A stretch of DNA of 63,582 bases, filler included, from Squatina squatina (taxonomy: Eukaryota), in the NCBI GenBank assembly GCA_031763465.1. It is 3 parts of 3 records of this genome, joined end to end, with 100 filler letters (N's around TTAATTAATTAA, not from the genome) between each part and the next. Parts side by side here need not be neighbours in the genome. Positions count along the whole stretch, not along the records: positions 1 to 29,383 come from JARFOE010000233.1; 2 more parts are not named here. One strand, given 5' to 3'. The first letter of the stretch is position 1; every line of letters begins with the position of its first letter. Under the pieces are notes generated by a model, which did not search any database, was not told where the DNA came from, and saw nothing but the letters and a program-made list of their open reading frames with translations. The position numbers and the translations under genes were made by a program. Below, piece by piece: positions 11,991 through 25,349 of the stretch.

Positions 11991-14900
11991 TAAAATTAGA
12001 ACTACTTGTGATCTCTGACTTTAAAACCCTGTTACTCCACGTCCCTTCACAAGTCCTGAAAATCCAGGAGTTTTGGGTGCTGCTGTATGTAGTCAGTGGG
12101 ACAATGATCCCTAGAATGGTCATGGGGACAATATGCCCTAACCTGCTTGATCTACTACGGCCGTCTATCGATCTCTCCGCCCATAAAACTGGGCTCGCTC
12201 CAAGTTACAAAGCCTCATATGCCAGTATCTCGCAAGTGCGCTCGCTCAAAGGCTCTCTTAAATTTTGGCCAGATTTTCAGACACAGAAGGAGCCAAAGTC
12301 ATTTTTCTGGTGTTGCGTCATTATTTTGTGTGTGGTTTTTTTTCATCCTCACTGATACCCGCTTGGTACTTTTTAAAAAAAAATGCATTTTATGACATAA
12401 GTATGAGTCGCATTAAAAATTGAAAAGCTTCCCTGATGGCAGGTTCTTAAAACGCACCGAGCCTGAGTGATGGCTGAACGAGTTGAAACTTTAATTTTGA
12501 TATGTAAAGAAGGAATATAAGGCACGAGTTCGGCGCTTTCTTTAGGTCCCGATTGTAAATCCATGAAAACACTCATTTCTCGTTTGGGCACATCCTATTG
12601 AGTTTGACAGGAGATTTGAGCATAACTTGACATCGGCAGAAAGGGCACATTTTCAGATGCACCCACTTTGGAAATTCCAGGCCAATGAAGTAAGTGGGTA
12701 AAAATCATTTATATTTTAAAATCAGATTTTAGGCCGAAACTTTCCATTTTTTCCTACACCTGTTTTTCGATGGATCTGGGGCAAGCAACTCAGGGAAGTG
12801 CTCCATTGCATTTCTGCCTTCTTACTGCTTTCCGGTAGCCAGAGAAACTGCACATACCCACTAATGGGCAATGAACACTAAAGGCATGGAAGCCCTGTTG
12901 TCTTCCTTGTCATTTTCATTCTTTGCCTATCAGCCCTGGTGCTTCAAAGTCAGCAGCGGGGGAAAAACTTGAAGAGCTGCCTGTGCACATGCCCTCAGAG
13001 CATAGCCCCGCATAGGGCCCATCATGTAAAAGAGAATCTTAAAGACACAAAAACAGACAGCATCCTAGCCACCTCTGTTTCCTGCTGCAGCAAGACTCTG
13101 TCCCCCATATTGGTGTGACTCCCCAGCTGAGCCTGTATGTTATTGAATTGTGGGCTTGAAATATGGCCAGGGTTGAGAGGCATCTCGGAGTAGATCCAGA
13201 TCCGCCCTAATTGTGAAGGGGGAAGCCTCGCCCTTAGTATTCATATTTTAGAGATATCTAGACAGTCCACTCATAAACTGGATTGTCCAATCCAATCTGG
13301 ACGGGTGGCAACCCTATTTTCAATAAGCCTGTCACAGCTGAGTTCAGGGAAGCCCCAATGTGATTCAGGTTTTGTGTACCCTTAACAGATAATCAAGAAA
13401 TGTGCGTTCAGCTTGCACATTTAGGTAGATGCTCACTCCTGCTCTGCAAGTGATAAATGAATAGTGATTAGCTGGGTATAGAAATGAAATGACACGTGAG
13501 GTACAGGCCACTTCTACCACAATCTTCTGCACTTATCAGATCCACAGTATTTTCTCAGCTGACGTGTGAACACTTTGGCTCAGAGCTCACTTTGTCTAGT
13601 AATTGCTCATGCTGAGCCAGATTGTGGTACCACCCAGTGTTAGTTGAGTAATGTTTTAATGAGAAGCACATTAAAATTCCAGACTGTTCTTCATTCCCAT
13701 GTAAACATTTTTTTAAAGCCAAAAAAACTCCAAGAATATTCTGTATCAGAATGACAGCTCGGAAAATAACTCATTAAGATGCACAAACATCAGTATTAAT
13801 TGTGGAGGTCAATTAAAATGCTGTATGCAAGGATTTATAAATTAGGCAGTTTCCCTGATTATTGCAATCATTTACAAAATCGATTACCTTGAAGCAGCTC
13901 AATGGATCCCAGTAGCCGCCGATGACAATGTATCCATCTTGTGATGTAGATAGACAACACTCGGTGAAACAGGGCAAGCTAATTAAAAGAAAAAGTGCTT
14001 ATGGAAACATCAGGACGTTTCTGCAGATTTCTGTATGGAATCCTATAAAATAAATCAATTAATATATTGAATTGTAATAAACAGGGAAGAAGGAACATAC
14101 AGATGATTGTGACATTATTGAGAACTGAGACAGATCCTTTTTGCCTGTTCTACTGTTCGTGATATGCGCACTGATAAATAATCCAAACAATCACAGATGT
14201 TAATAATTCTCTCAGTTGTGGATAAAAGATGTGGACACCAGTCTATTTTTTTAATCCTCAACTGTTCCCCNNNNNNNNNNNNNNNNNNNNNNNNNNNNNN
14301 NNNNNNNNNNNNNNNNNNNNNNNNNNNNNNNNNNNNNNNNNNNNNNNNNNNNNNNNNNNNNNNNNNNNNNNNNNNNNNNNNNNNNNNNNNNNNNNNNNNN
14401 NNNNNNNNNNNNNNNNNNNNNNNNNNNNNNNNNNNNNNNNNNNNNNNNNNNNNNNNNNNNNNNNNNNNNNNNNNNNNNNNNNNNNNNNNNNNNNNNNNNN
14501 NNNNNNNNNNNNNNNNNNNNNNNNNNNNNNNNNNNNNNNNNNNNNNNNNNNNNNNNNNNNNNNNNNNNNNNNNNNNNNNNNNNNNNNNNNNNNNNNNNNN
14601 NNNNNNNNNNNNNNNNNNNNNNNNNNNNNNNNNNNNNNNNNNNNNNNNNNNNNNNNNNNNNNNNNNNNNNNNNNNNNNNNNNNNNNNNNNNNNNNNNNNN
14701 NNNNNNNNNNNNNNNNNNNNNNNNNNNNNNNNNNNNNNNNNTGAACTCTTTTTTTAATTTTAAGATGTCTTGGCATCATATTGGTGCTTCTGACACACAG
14801 TTGTGAGCTGAAATTATTGCATGCACTGCGACATTTCACTTGTCGCTAAGGCTTGCTGTGCCAGTTTTAAATCCCTATCGTTTGCATTAGAATGCCAACA

Positions 14901-16309
14901 ACTGTGCAGCCATGACAGCCAGGGAGAAAGAATCTCCAAAACAAACAAGTCGCAAAGACTTATTTTCCTGCTGGAAATTCTGGCTAATGAGACTGTTCAT
15001 GCTGGGAGTGACAGTCCTCCAGGAGACTTCCACTCCCTAATGTTCAAGGTACTCCTTTTGGTTTGAGCATTTGCTGCTGCAGCCGTCTGTTTAGAGGGAT
15101 TTTCCTTTTTCTTTCAGTATTTAAATATTTCCAACCATATTTATCATTTGAAGTTTGTGGAAAATCGTTTCATAATTGCTGTACGTGATTAAACAGGTAA
15201 GAACAATAAAGTTGATGCTGTACCCGAAGGATTATCAAACATTGTGTCAGTGTTCTGAAGTGCAGAATGCACTCAATTCTGTAATCGTGAAACACATTTT
15301 ACTGCCTGATAAAATGATGCCTCAGGTGTATAAATTCTCTCTTCCACTTCTTGTCTCAATATTTGCTGCCTTTGGTCAGGAGGGCAGGATACTGTTCAGT
15401 CATGGCCAACTACCTGACCATCTGACAGGAGGTGTGCTTGTTGGCAGTGGGGCGCGCTGTCTACTAATATGTGGTCTGTTGCTATAACCAGACTGTTCTC
15501 TTTATTCCAATAAGCCTATATGTTATACTTTAGTAAGACATACATAAGAATCACTTTGGCTGACTGATTACATCTCTTAATGCCACTTGTAAATATTTAG
15601 TGTCATATATGTTAACAGTTACCATGTAGAATACTTTCCAGAGATCCTGCTGTCACATTACTTAACTAGTGATAAATTGTATCAGATATTTAAAGAATCT
15701 GTGAAAACATAACTTGCCATTTGTTTGTTTATATATTGACAAGATGATATAGTCTTTGGGTGTCAAAGGTGATGTGAACTGCTATGGTTTTCCTGTCAAA
15801 GTAACTAGAATTATTTAAATGCTCTAATGGGATAAGGATTTAGCACAGATTGTAGCAGGCAGACTGGCCTCACAGCTGTTACATCATCTGACACAGGAAG
15901 TTGCAACAGTAATCAATCTAAGAGTTTTTCAGGAATGCATTACAATATTTTGTAACATTAGTTGATCAGCGCAATCGTTAACCCAGACCAATTCAATACT
16001 TTGGGCTCAATTTTAACCTGTTTTTACACTGATCAAAAACAATACTTTGCTGCAGATACTGAAGTAATAAAGTTTGCAGAGGGACAGTGTCATGCCTGTG
16101 ATCAATCCTCTTGTGGTGCCTAAGTGGTTATTCTATGAGCGTGAATTCATGTGGTGTATGCTGGCAGTCTATTTGAAATTGAGGGGGGAGTGGGGGAAAA
16201 AGGGGCAGNNNNNNNNNNNNNNNNNNNNNNNNNNNNNNNNNNNNNNNNNNNNNNNNNNNNNNNNNNNNNNNNNNNNNNNNNNNNNNNNNNNNNNNNNNNN
16301 NNNNNNNNT

Positions 16310-16554
16310 ATTCGGGGGTTCCTGGAGCGAAGTCCGAAAACCGGAAAATCTGACCTTTGATGACCTCTGGTGACCTCAATTTGGACCTGATCTAAGAAAA
16401 GACTGATGTACTTTCGGTAGAGCTTGTCTCGAGCTACCTAACGCCGTTTTCCGCTTGTCGCTACGTAGCGTAGTTCTCGAGATCTCACGGGGGCGGAAAT
16501 CAACCCCCACCCCCTGCAGTTCGTGTTCGGCGCGGACCTCCTGCAGTGCGCGGG
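16310..16554. mobile_element. One end of a piggyBac-like (TTAA-targeting) non-autonomous DNA transposon
   Basis: CpG-dense segment ending ctgcagtgcgcGGG|TTAA (TTAA at 16555-16558), i.e. TTAA|CCC on the minus strand. The other end is lost in the gap. Confidence 0.6.
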
Positions 16555-18974
16555 TTAAGTGGATGTGATGGTGCTGAAATTGTGCAACTTCTTCATGCTG
16601 TATTTATTTTACCCATTGAAGTACTAATTGGAATTTTCACAGGTGAATTTAACGCTGTGGAGCTCCCGAGTAAAACATATGAAACTTGTATACTTTTTGG
16701 AAGCACTTCTTTCCGAAAAATGGGTACGTTGGGCCTCTAAACGCGTCCGACGCTTCAACAAGTTAAAAATGCCCGATGTCGTATCTTACGAACCACTGCT
16801 AGAATGCGTCATAAATTTGCACAGGCTTCCTCAGAACATGAAAGCATCTCATTTGACCATTTTTAGACCGATTGAATACAGACTGTGATTTGGATGTCGA
16901 TTTTTCTATTGTGACTTTTTCCCACAAATTGAAAACAGCAATATCATGCATAAACCACCCAGTAACTTTTAACAATCCACAGTTTGCCTGTGATTAGCAC
17001 GAGAACAATTTACAGCCAGTATTAAATGACTTGCCCTTTATTTTCACTGTTTTCTTTAACTAGTTTTTTTCTTCTTTCAAAAATAGTTGCTGGATCTGTA
17101 ATGGCTAAATCTGCAGTTATATGACCATGTCCTTGCAAGTTTGTTCCTGTTAAAGCCTTACAGTTTAAACGGAAGATGCCTGTTTGAGAGCTTCGTAAAG
17201 AGTATCCCACAGAATTAGATCTAACTTTGATACCTTAGGTAGATACAGATGGGTTATTAAAACTGTTGTCACAAAAGGAATATTGTTTTTATGTGAATAT
17301 ATAATTAAACCATATATCTGGGGAAACTATTTTAATTGCTTTAATTTATATTTTATCACCTGTGCCATGTATGTTCAATTATCAGAAACCACAGCTTTTC
17401 TTTTTACATAGGTGTATTAAACTAATAACTTTGTTCAGTTATTGATTATTTTAGATTTTTACCCATTTAATTGTGATAGTATTAAAAAAGTGAAATGACT
17501 CACTATCATCTTTGTAATGGAACTGCTTGTATCAAAGCGGCAGTATCTCTCTTATCGTTGGCTCACATAATCCAGTTTCAAAACTACCCAAATGTGTGAT
17601 ACGTAATCTCCCTTAAAGCGGCTCATCTATCTTTGGTGGTCATAACAGTTTTTGTTGGCTTTAGCAGCGCTGGACATGACAGCAGCATCAAAGTCTACTG
17701 TAATATTTGGCAGGGATCTTTCACCCACAGTTTGAAACAAATTGCTTTGCATTGATTTGTTTATTTGCAATGAATCTGAGCACATTTTCTGACAAAAGTA
17801 TGATTAGTAAAGAAGTAAGGTTATTCAAAACATTTAACCCACATAACAGATTCTACAGCATTTAGCTAATGGGGACAGTCTTCAACAAGATTTATGTTTA
17901 TTGTCATTTCTGATCAGAAATATGTTTTTGTAGCCCTGCTGTTTGTTTTAGAAGCTATGTCCATCTTTATAGATTTCATTAAATAGTCTTCTACTGTGAA
18001 GTTGAAGAAAAAGGTTTCAATGATTAAATGCCAGAGAACAGTTTTGCACTAACATTTTGAGATGTGGCTTATATGCTCCTCATTGTTTCTTTCTTTAAAA
18101 CTTGCAATAGTGTCACCATCTTGCTTTTCAGATTATATTAAATATATTATTTAATATTAGTAATAGACTTTAATTAAGACAAAACAACTGTGATACATCA
18201 AGAAACAGTTGTGGGCCACCAAAGAAAGTTTTAAGAAGGATGCATTTATCACAAAGCATTCTCCTGGCATCTTTCCAATAAACTGAAAAATAACAAATGT
18301 TATATTTAGCAGCTGGATGCAGAAATACTCCTGTAGAATATAGAGCAATAATATTACTCACAGTAGGGTACTCCAAAAACTCAGCTGCATCAATGGGGTG
18401 GGTCTCAGCCAGTCAAATGCCATTTGGCACCAAAACCTTGCACGATGAATGAACTGTCAGTACTTTTTTTCCAGTGGATAAGTTTGGCCAAGTAAATAGT
18501 AAAAGGTTCAGTGGCTTGTTCTGATCACAGATCATGTCCTGATAGTGTAAAGCTGATCCCACAAACATCTCTCTGATCAGCAAGCATGACATGTCTGAAG
18601 AAGTCCACAGATTGATTGATAGTCCTGCTTCTATTGATAACCCCTATCATCCTTGGAGATAAGTGAGATACTGAAGGTGGGAATGATGCTGTTCAGTCTA
18701 TATAGACATACCCGTGCTGGTAACTGGTTTTACTTGACAAAATCTCAGCACATACTGTCTTTGAACAAATTTATAGTGTCAGATTTTTATATTAATGGGA
18801 CAGTTTGTGGGCTCAATGTACATGTTAGCCTATTTATTTAAAGAAACAGTACTCTGCTTGGGGGAAAAGAACATTGTTTTATTTGATTATCAAATATAGA
18901 TACAATACACAAGATACTGCTAAAAGGATATACTTTATACCTCAGGCACAGTGAGGGCTGCTTCACATATTTTT

Positions 18975-20293
18975 TTGTGTGCTCTGCAGGTGTTACTGTG
19001 ACTTCAGTGCGTGTACTGTGCTTACAGTGTGTTTAATGTGCTCTCCATGTGTTTAATGTGATCACAGTGTGTTTCATGTGCTCAAAGTCTGTTTAATGTG
19101 CTCTCACATTGTGTTTAATGTGCTCTCACAGTGTGCTTAATGTGCTCACCGTGCGGCTAATTTGCTCACAGTGTGTTTCTTGTGCCCTCAGTGTGTGCAA
19201 TGTGCTTACAGTGTTTTTACTTTGCTCTCCATGTGTTTACTGCGATCACAGTGTGTTTAGTGTTTTCACAGTGTATTTAATGTGTTCTGACAGTGTGTTT
19301 CATGTGCTCACAGTGCATCTAATGTGCTCACAGTGCGTTTATTGTGCTCACAATGTGTTTAATTGGCTCTGCATGTGTTTACTGTGTTCACAGTGTGTAT
19401 AATGTGCTCCGCATGTGTTTAATCTGCTCTACATAGGTTTAATCGGCTCACACTGTGTTTAGTTTGGTCACATTGCGCTTACTATGCACTCCCAGTGTGC
19501 TCACTGTGTTCACAGTGTGCTTATTCTGCTCACAGTTTGTTTAATATGCTCACACGGTGTGTTTAATGTGCTTTCCTTTTGTTTAATGAGGAGCCATTGT
19601 CTTCACTGTGCTCACAGTATTTTTTGTGCTCAGAGAGTGTTTAATGTGCTCTGACAGTGTGTTTAGTGTGCTCTCACAGTTTGCTTAGTGTGCTCGCCGT
19701 GTGGCTAATTTGCTCACTCTGTGTTTAATCTGCTCTCAGTGTGTGCAATGTGCTTGAAGTGTGTTTACTGAGCTCTCCATGTGTTTTTTCTGCGATCAGA
19801 GTGTGTTTAATATTTTCACAGTATGTTTAATGTGCCCTGACAGTGTGTTTAATGTGCTCACATTGCGTGTACGGTGCTCACAGTGCGTTTATTGTGCTCA
19901 CAGTGTGTTTAGTTTGGTCACAGTATGCTTAATATGCTCCCCCAGTGTGCTCAATATGTTCACAGTGTGTTTATTCTTCTCACATTTTGTTTAATGTGCA
20001 CTCATAGTGTTTTTAATGTTCTCAGAGTCTGTTTAATGTGCTTTCCTTGTGTGTAATGAGGACCCAGTGTCTTCAATGTGCTCAAAGTGTGTTTAATGTG
20101 CACACAGTGTGTTTACTGTGCTCTCACAGTGTGTTTAGTGTGCTCTCACCATGTGCCTAAGGTGCTCACCCTGTGGCTAATTTGCTCACTGTGTGTTTAA
20201 TATGCTCTCAGTGTGTGGAATGTGCTTGAAGTGTGTTCGCTCTGCTCTCCATGTGTTTTTTCTGCGATCACATTGTGTTTAGTGTTTTCACAG
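18975..20293. repeat. Degenerate ~20-bp minisatellite (cacagtgtgtttaatgtgct)n
   Basis: Directly visible tandem units of 20-22 bp over ~1.3 kb, running into a gap. Confidence 0.95.
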
Positions 20294-22517
20294 NNNNNNN
20301 NNNNNNNNNNNNNNNNNNNNNNNNNNNNNNNNNNNNNNNNNNNNNNNNNNNNNNNNNNNNNNNNNNNNNNNNNNNNNNNNNNNNNNNNNNNNNCCCCATC
20401 ACGGAAGACTAATTCATACTCTGTCACCAGGCCAGGCATAATACTAGACCACCAATGATTGGAAGCACCCCACTAGACTGTCATGTATAGAAAACAATGT
20501 ACAAGTCCTGATGTAATCCCAGAAAACATTGTTCAAACATTCCTGAGCTAAGTCTCAAACATGATAGGCAGTCTAAGTTTTATAAGGATTGTTATTTCAA
20601 TGATTGTGAATATGTGCTGGGTAGTTATTCTGCCTGTAGAGCTCATAACTCAAATATCTGTTAAGTACTTAGAATTGCTTCATTACACAATACAAGGATA
20701 TTCTATCAAAGGGTTGTACTCTAATTAATTTTGCTGAGTTTTTGCTATTAATATTAAATAGGTTGGCCTCTGCTGTTAGCACTGCTTTGACATCCTTTAA
20801 TGTTTACTAATGATGACCCAAGGACCTTTTACTTTTTATTGAGAGCAATTATAATGAGTGCTTAAGAGGTTAGTAGAGGGTCAGACTTAAATACATCTCC
20901 ACTATAATAAAACCATTTCAAAGAGTTTTTGACAAATATATAGCANNNNNNNNNNNNNNNNNNNNNNNNNNNNNNNNNNNNNNNNNNNNNNNNNNNNNNN
21001 NNNNNNNNNNNNNNNNNNNNNNNNNNNNNNNNNNNNNNNNNNNNNTTTACACTGCAAACTTTACATTGAGAGGCCTCCATATTGTATCCATAGTCGTGGA
21101 AAGCTAGTGAAGCAGGGTTTACAGTCCATAATGGGCTATTTCCATATGGCGATGGTGTAAAGGATGCCACTGTACTCGTAATACGCTTCATGCCTGGGAC
21201 ACCACTTCAGATGCACAACACTTTATGTTGGGAGTGCAGCCTTTTGCAAGTTCATTTTTTTTCCCCGGAAGGGCTCAAGATTGAGGTGTGGCCTATATGC
21301 ACGTCATTATGATACCAGGTCGGACACTCTGCACATTTTCTAGTTTAGTGATCGTTAAGAATAGAAATGACAGTTCCATTTCACTTACACTGTCATTTTG
21401 GATCAAGTGGCAGAAATAATCAGCTTGGTATCAAGTAGACCGAGGTCAGTAGCATCAGCGGATCCCTCCTGCTTTATTCTCCTTCTCCCTGTCATACATC
21501 TGCACACCGATTTCTTTTTTGAGTAGACTTACCTCACATGGAGCTGACCACAAAACAGTGTTTTGTGACTGATGTAGCATTAGCTGATGTCAGCAGACTG
21601 CCACTGTTTAAATGTAAGTTTCTGCTATCTTTGGAGTAGATAGAATGTAAACACATTGTAATGTTTACGTGACAGGGTAAAGTGTACTTGTTAGAGACTC
21701 CAGGAACAGTGGGAGATTGGGAACATGTCTTCAAAGATGATAGGGTACATGTTTGAAAAGGTGAAAGGGCATATGTCTGCAAAGATGATAGAGCCCAGCT
21801 TTAGTCCCTGCTGTTCAACATTTTATTGCTTGACATGCCAGCTGATTTTTACCTAAAAGTCAAATTACCAGCTTTCATTTGATAAGTGTGTGTATGAGAT
21901 ACAACTCAAGTTGTAAAATTCTGCCACATATTCTATTGTTATGGCTGGTAGAAAATAAGGTAAAAGAGAAACCAAACAGTGTGCAAAAAAGACGTTTCTG
22001 GTACCTTCTGGCTTTGAAGTTGTAAACCACTCCAATACAAATTCACCTTTTGTATTATTTCAATGTTGCCAGTGGTTAGTTGTTTTTGATCAGGGGCTAG
22101 GTTTCCACTCCAATTTGGGGCTAATGACTACTGTCATTGACACTGAAGCCATTACAGAACAACAAAAATTGAGTTAGCAACAACGGTTACTGCATATGGA
22201 ATACAGAGCTATCCCTCGTTTCCAAATTGGAGCTTTATCAAATTGTCTTATCATTGTAATATATTTATTACGCTTAAATTATGCATTTCGGTTGCGCACA
22301 ATCACTTCCACTGGTGTTGCCTTTCACTGATTTCTATGAAAGTGCTCCAGTCATTGTCTGTCTACACTTTGAACTGATGTTTACAGGATTTCAGAACATA
22401 CATTGTGTCAAAAATGCAGTACCTTACACAGTAATTACTGGTGTCGGAAACAATTCAGATCTACTAATACTGAGACTCCGCATGACCACGATAAAATCAT
22501 GCAAAGATCAAATAAAG

Positions 22518-23475
22518 TGTAATGTTACAGCCCCAGTTACACTTCTGTCCTGTAGTGTTACAGTCCCAGCTGCACCACTATTCTATACTATTACAGCCCC
22601 AGTTACATCGCTGTCCTGTACTGTTACAGCCCCAGTTACACTGCTGTCCTGTAACATTACAGCCCCAGTTACACCGCTGTCCTGTACTGTTACAGCCCCA
22701 GTTACACTGCTGTCCTGTAACATTGCAGCCCCAATTACACCACTGTCCTGTACTTTTGCAGCCCCAGTTACACCAATGTTGCAGCGCCAATTTCACTTCT
22801 GTCTTGTAGTAATACAGCCCCAGTTACACCGCAGCCCTGTAGTGTTACAGCCCCAGTTACACTGCTCTCCTGTAATGCTCCAGCCCCAGTTACTCTGCTG
22901 TCCTGTAATGCTACAGCCCCAGTTACACTGCTGTCCTGTAAGGTTACAGCCCCAGTTACTCTGCTGTCCTGTAATATTACAGCCCCAGTAAGACTGCTGT
23001 CCTGTGATGTTACAGCCCCAGTTGCACAGCTGTGCTGTACTGTTACAGTCTCAGTTACACCACTTTCCTGTAACATTCCAGCCCCTGTAACACCTCTGTC
23101 CTGTAATGTCACAGCCCCAGTTACACTGCTGTACTCTCATGTTACAGACCCAGATACCATGCTGTCCTGCAATGTTACAGCTCCAGTTAAACTACTTTCC
23201 TGTACTGTTGCACCTCCGTTACACTGCTGGCCTGTACTGTTGCAGCCGCAGTTACACTGCTGTACTGTACTGTTACATCTCCAATTACTACGCTGTCCTG
23301 TAATGTTACAGCCACAGTTGCACCACTGACCTGTACTGTTAAAGCTCCAGTTACACTGCTGTCCTGTAATGTTACAGCCCCAGTTACTCCACTGTCCTGT
23401 AATGTTACAGCCCCAGTTGCACTGCTGTCCTGTACTCTTACACACCCAGGTACACCGCTGTCCTGCCTTTTACAG
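22518..23475. repeat. 33-bp minisatellite (tgttacagccccagttacactgctgtcctgtaa)n, about 28 copies
   Basis: Directly visible tandem units, which produce the 11-aa periodic ORFs (VTAPVTLLSCN / LQPQLHCCPVM). Confidence 0.95.
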
Positions 23476-23689
23476 TACCAGACCATACCAGAGTAGGGAT
23501 GAAGTATTCCAACAAAATTTGAAAGCTCTTTGCATTTAGTGTCCAAAATATCAGCATCGCTCTGCCTTCTCTGACTCTTCTCTCCTCTACCCCATCAACT
23601 CCCAGCCTTCTTCCTGACTCAATACTCCACACTCTCAGTGCACTCATCTCGTCCATGAAGCGCCCACAACCTGTCCCTTGATCGCCTCC

Positions 23690-25085
23690 TGACCACCCAT
23701 CTTCTCCCTCTTCAGTGATATCTGCACTTACAACACTGTCCGCATCTACTTCACGCCATCAATTTCATCTTCTGCTCAAAAAGGCGACTCTCAGCAATTC
23801 CATACTCTTCAAGAACTGCTCCAAAGCCAACCTTTCAATTGTTCCAAAATTCCACAATGCTGTGTTGAACCCCATTCCTCCAGGTTTTGGACCTTCTAAT
23901 CCAGTTTGCACTCCATTCACAGTGCTGGACTGCCCTGGTCACAGTCATGTACAACATTCTGTGCAACTGAGACTATGGCTTGTTATCTCTCTTATCTTCC
24001 GCTGTCTCTCTGCTGTCTTTGATACAAGTCACTCAGTCCTCCACTACTGTCCCTCGACAGTCCATTTCTAGGGGTTTGACCACTCTCCCATGACTCCACT
24101 CATCCTTTCACAATAAAAACAATGTAGCCAGGATTTTCCACTTCTGTGTTCCTAGCACTCGCCAGCAATGCATATTGGGAAATTGCACATCCTTAGCCCG
24201 TGATTTTCTATCCACTAATTCAATGGGTGGAAAATTGTGTGCTGTCTATATATAATTTCCTGATACATGCCCCTGATGTGTAACTGGAAAATCTCCTTCA
24301 ACATCTTTTCCTCCTCAGCCTGCAAAGTCATCTATGGTATATACCAGGGGTCCATCCTTGGCCCTGTTCACTCCTTCATTTATGTGGTACCCATTGGTTT
24401 AACTTCCACTTGTATATCATCTACACCCAGCTATTAACTCTCTCCTCCATCATGCCCAGTGGTGTTGCTTCAACTACCAGTTCGATATTAAGGTCTGTGG
24501 GAAGTGAAATTTCCTCTGGGTTAATGTTAGCAAGACTGAAGCTACTTTCTTTGGTTTGAGACAGTCTTCCTGGTGGCCACATCCAGAGTTGGAGTGTTTT
24601 GGGGTACNNNNNNNNNNGCTTGAGCCTGAACTGAGTTTCCTTCCTCATACACTTTCCATTACTAAAACAGCACTTCCCACTTCTATAAAACCACCCGGAT
24701 CCACCCTTGCCCATACCGTTATTATCTCTAAGCTCAACTTCTGTAACATTTTTTGACCCAGCCTCCCAGGCCCCAAATTTCCACTCATTGTAACTCATTT
24801 GAAATGTCATGGCCCACCTGCTCACAAAAGCCATGCCTCCATTGCCCCTGTTCTTACCAAGCTCAAGCAGACTGATTCCAAGATACTTGTCTTTATTTTC
24901 AAATCCCTCCAGCTATACATTCCAGCATGCAGTCTCCACTCCTCTGACATCAGGTTACCCGCTCCCTTCATTCTGCTAGCAATACCCATTCTTCCAGCTT
25001 TTATGCCTCTGCCCTTTGGAACTCTATCTAATTTCTTCCGCTCCATCACCACACTCCACCTTTGGAAAAGTCTCCTCTTCCAATA
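23690..25085 (+). mobile_element. Highly decayed L2-clade LINE ORF2
   Basis: Remnants such as LIFRCLSAVFDT, taccaggggtccatccttggccctgttcactcc (PQGSILGP-like) and SKILVFIFKSL. The 3' part parallels the minus-strand L2 at 26440-27324. Confidence 0.65.
24131..24296. mobile_element. Short palindromic MITE nested in the L2 remnant
   Basis: Outer arms ggattttcca / tggaaaatct; inner arms gattttctatccac / gggtggaaaatt. Confidence 0.6.
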
Positions 25086-25349
25086 TGAAATTTTAAAAAA
25101 GTAAAAATAAAATTAATTACTGGTACATTGTTTAAAAACCATGAGCATTAAGGTAAGTATATTTTTAGATAGTTTAAAAGATTTAAAAAAAATTCAATTA
25201 ATTTTTAAAAAATTTATCTACGTCTATATAAGTTTATTAAATTTTAATGNNNNNNNNNNNNNNNNNNNNNNNNNNNNNNNNNNNNNNNNNNNNNNNNNNN
25301 NNNNNNNNNNNNNNNNNNNNNNNNNNNNNNNNNNNNNNNNNNNNNNNNN

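Noticed and set aside
19109-19994. Cys-rich ORFs (19109-19402, 19761-19994)
   Set aside because: Translations of the 20-bp minisatellite.
22281-22991. 236-aa mucin-like or Cys-rich ORF
   Set aside because: A by-product of the 33-bp tandem repeat; several frames on both strands are open.
22518-23475. CRISPR-like array (33-bp partly palindromic repeats)
   Set aside because: Units are contiguous with no unique spacers, there are no cas genes, and the context is a vertebrate intron.
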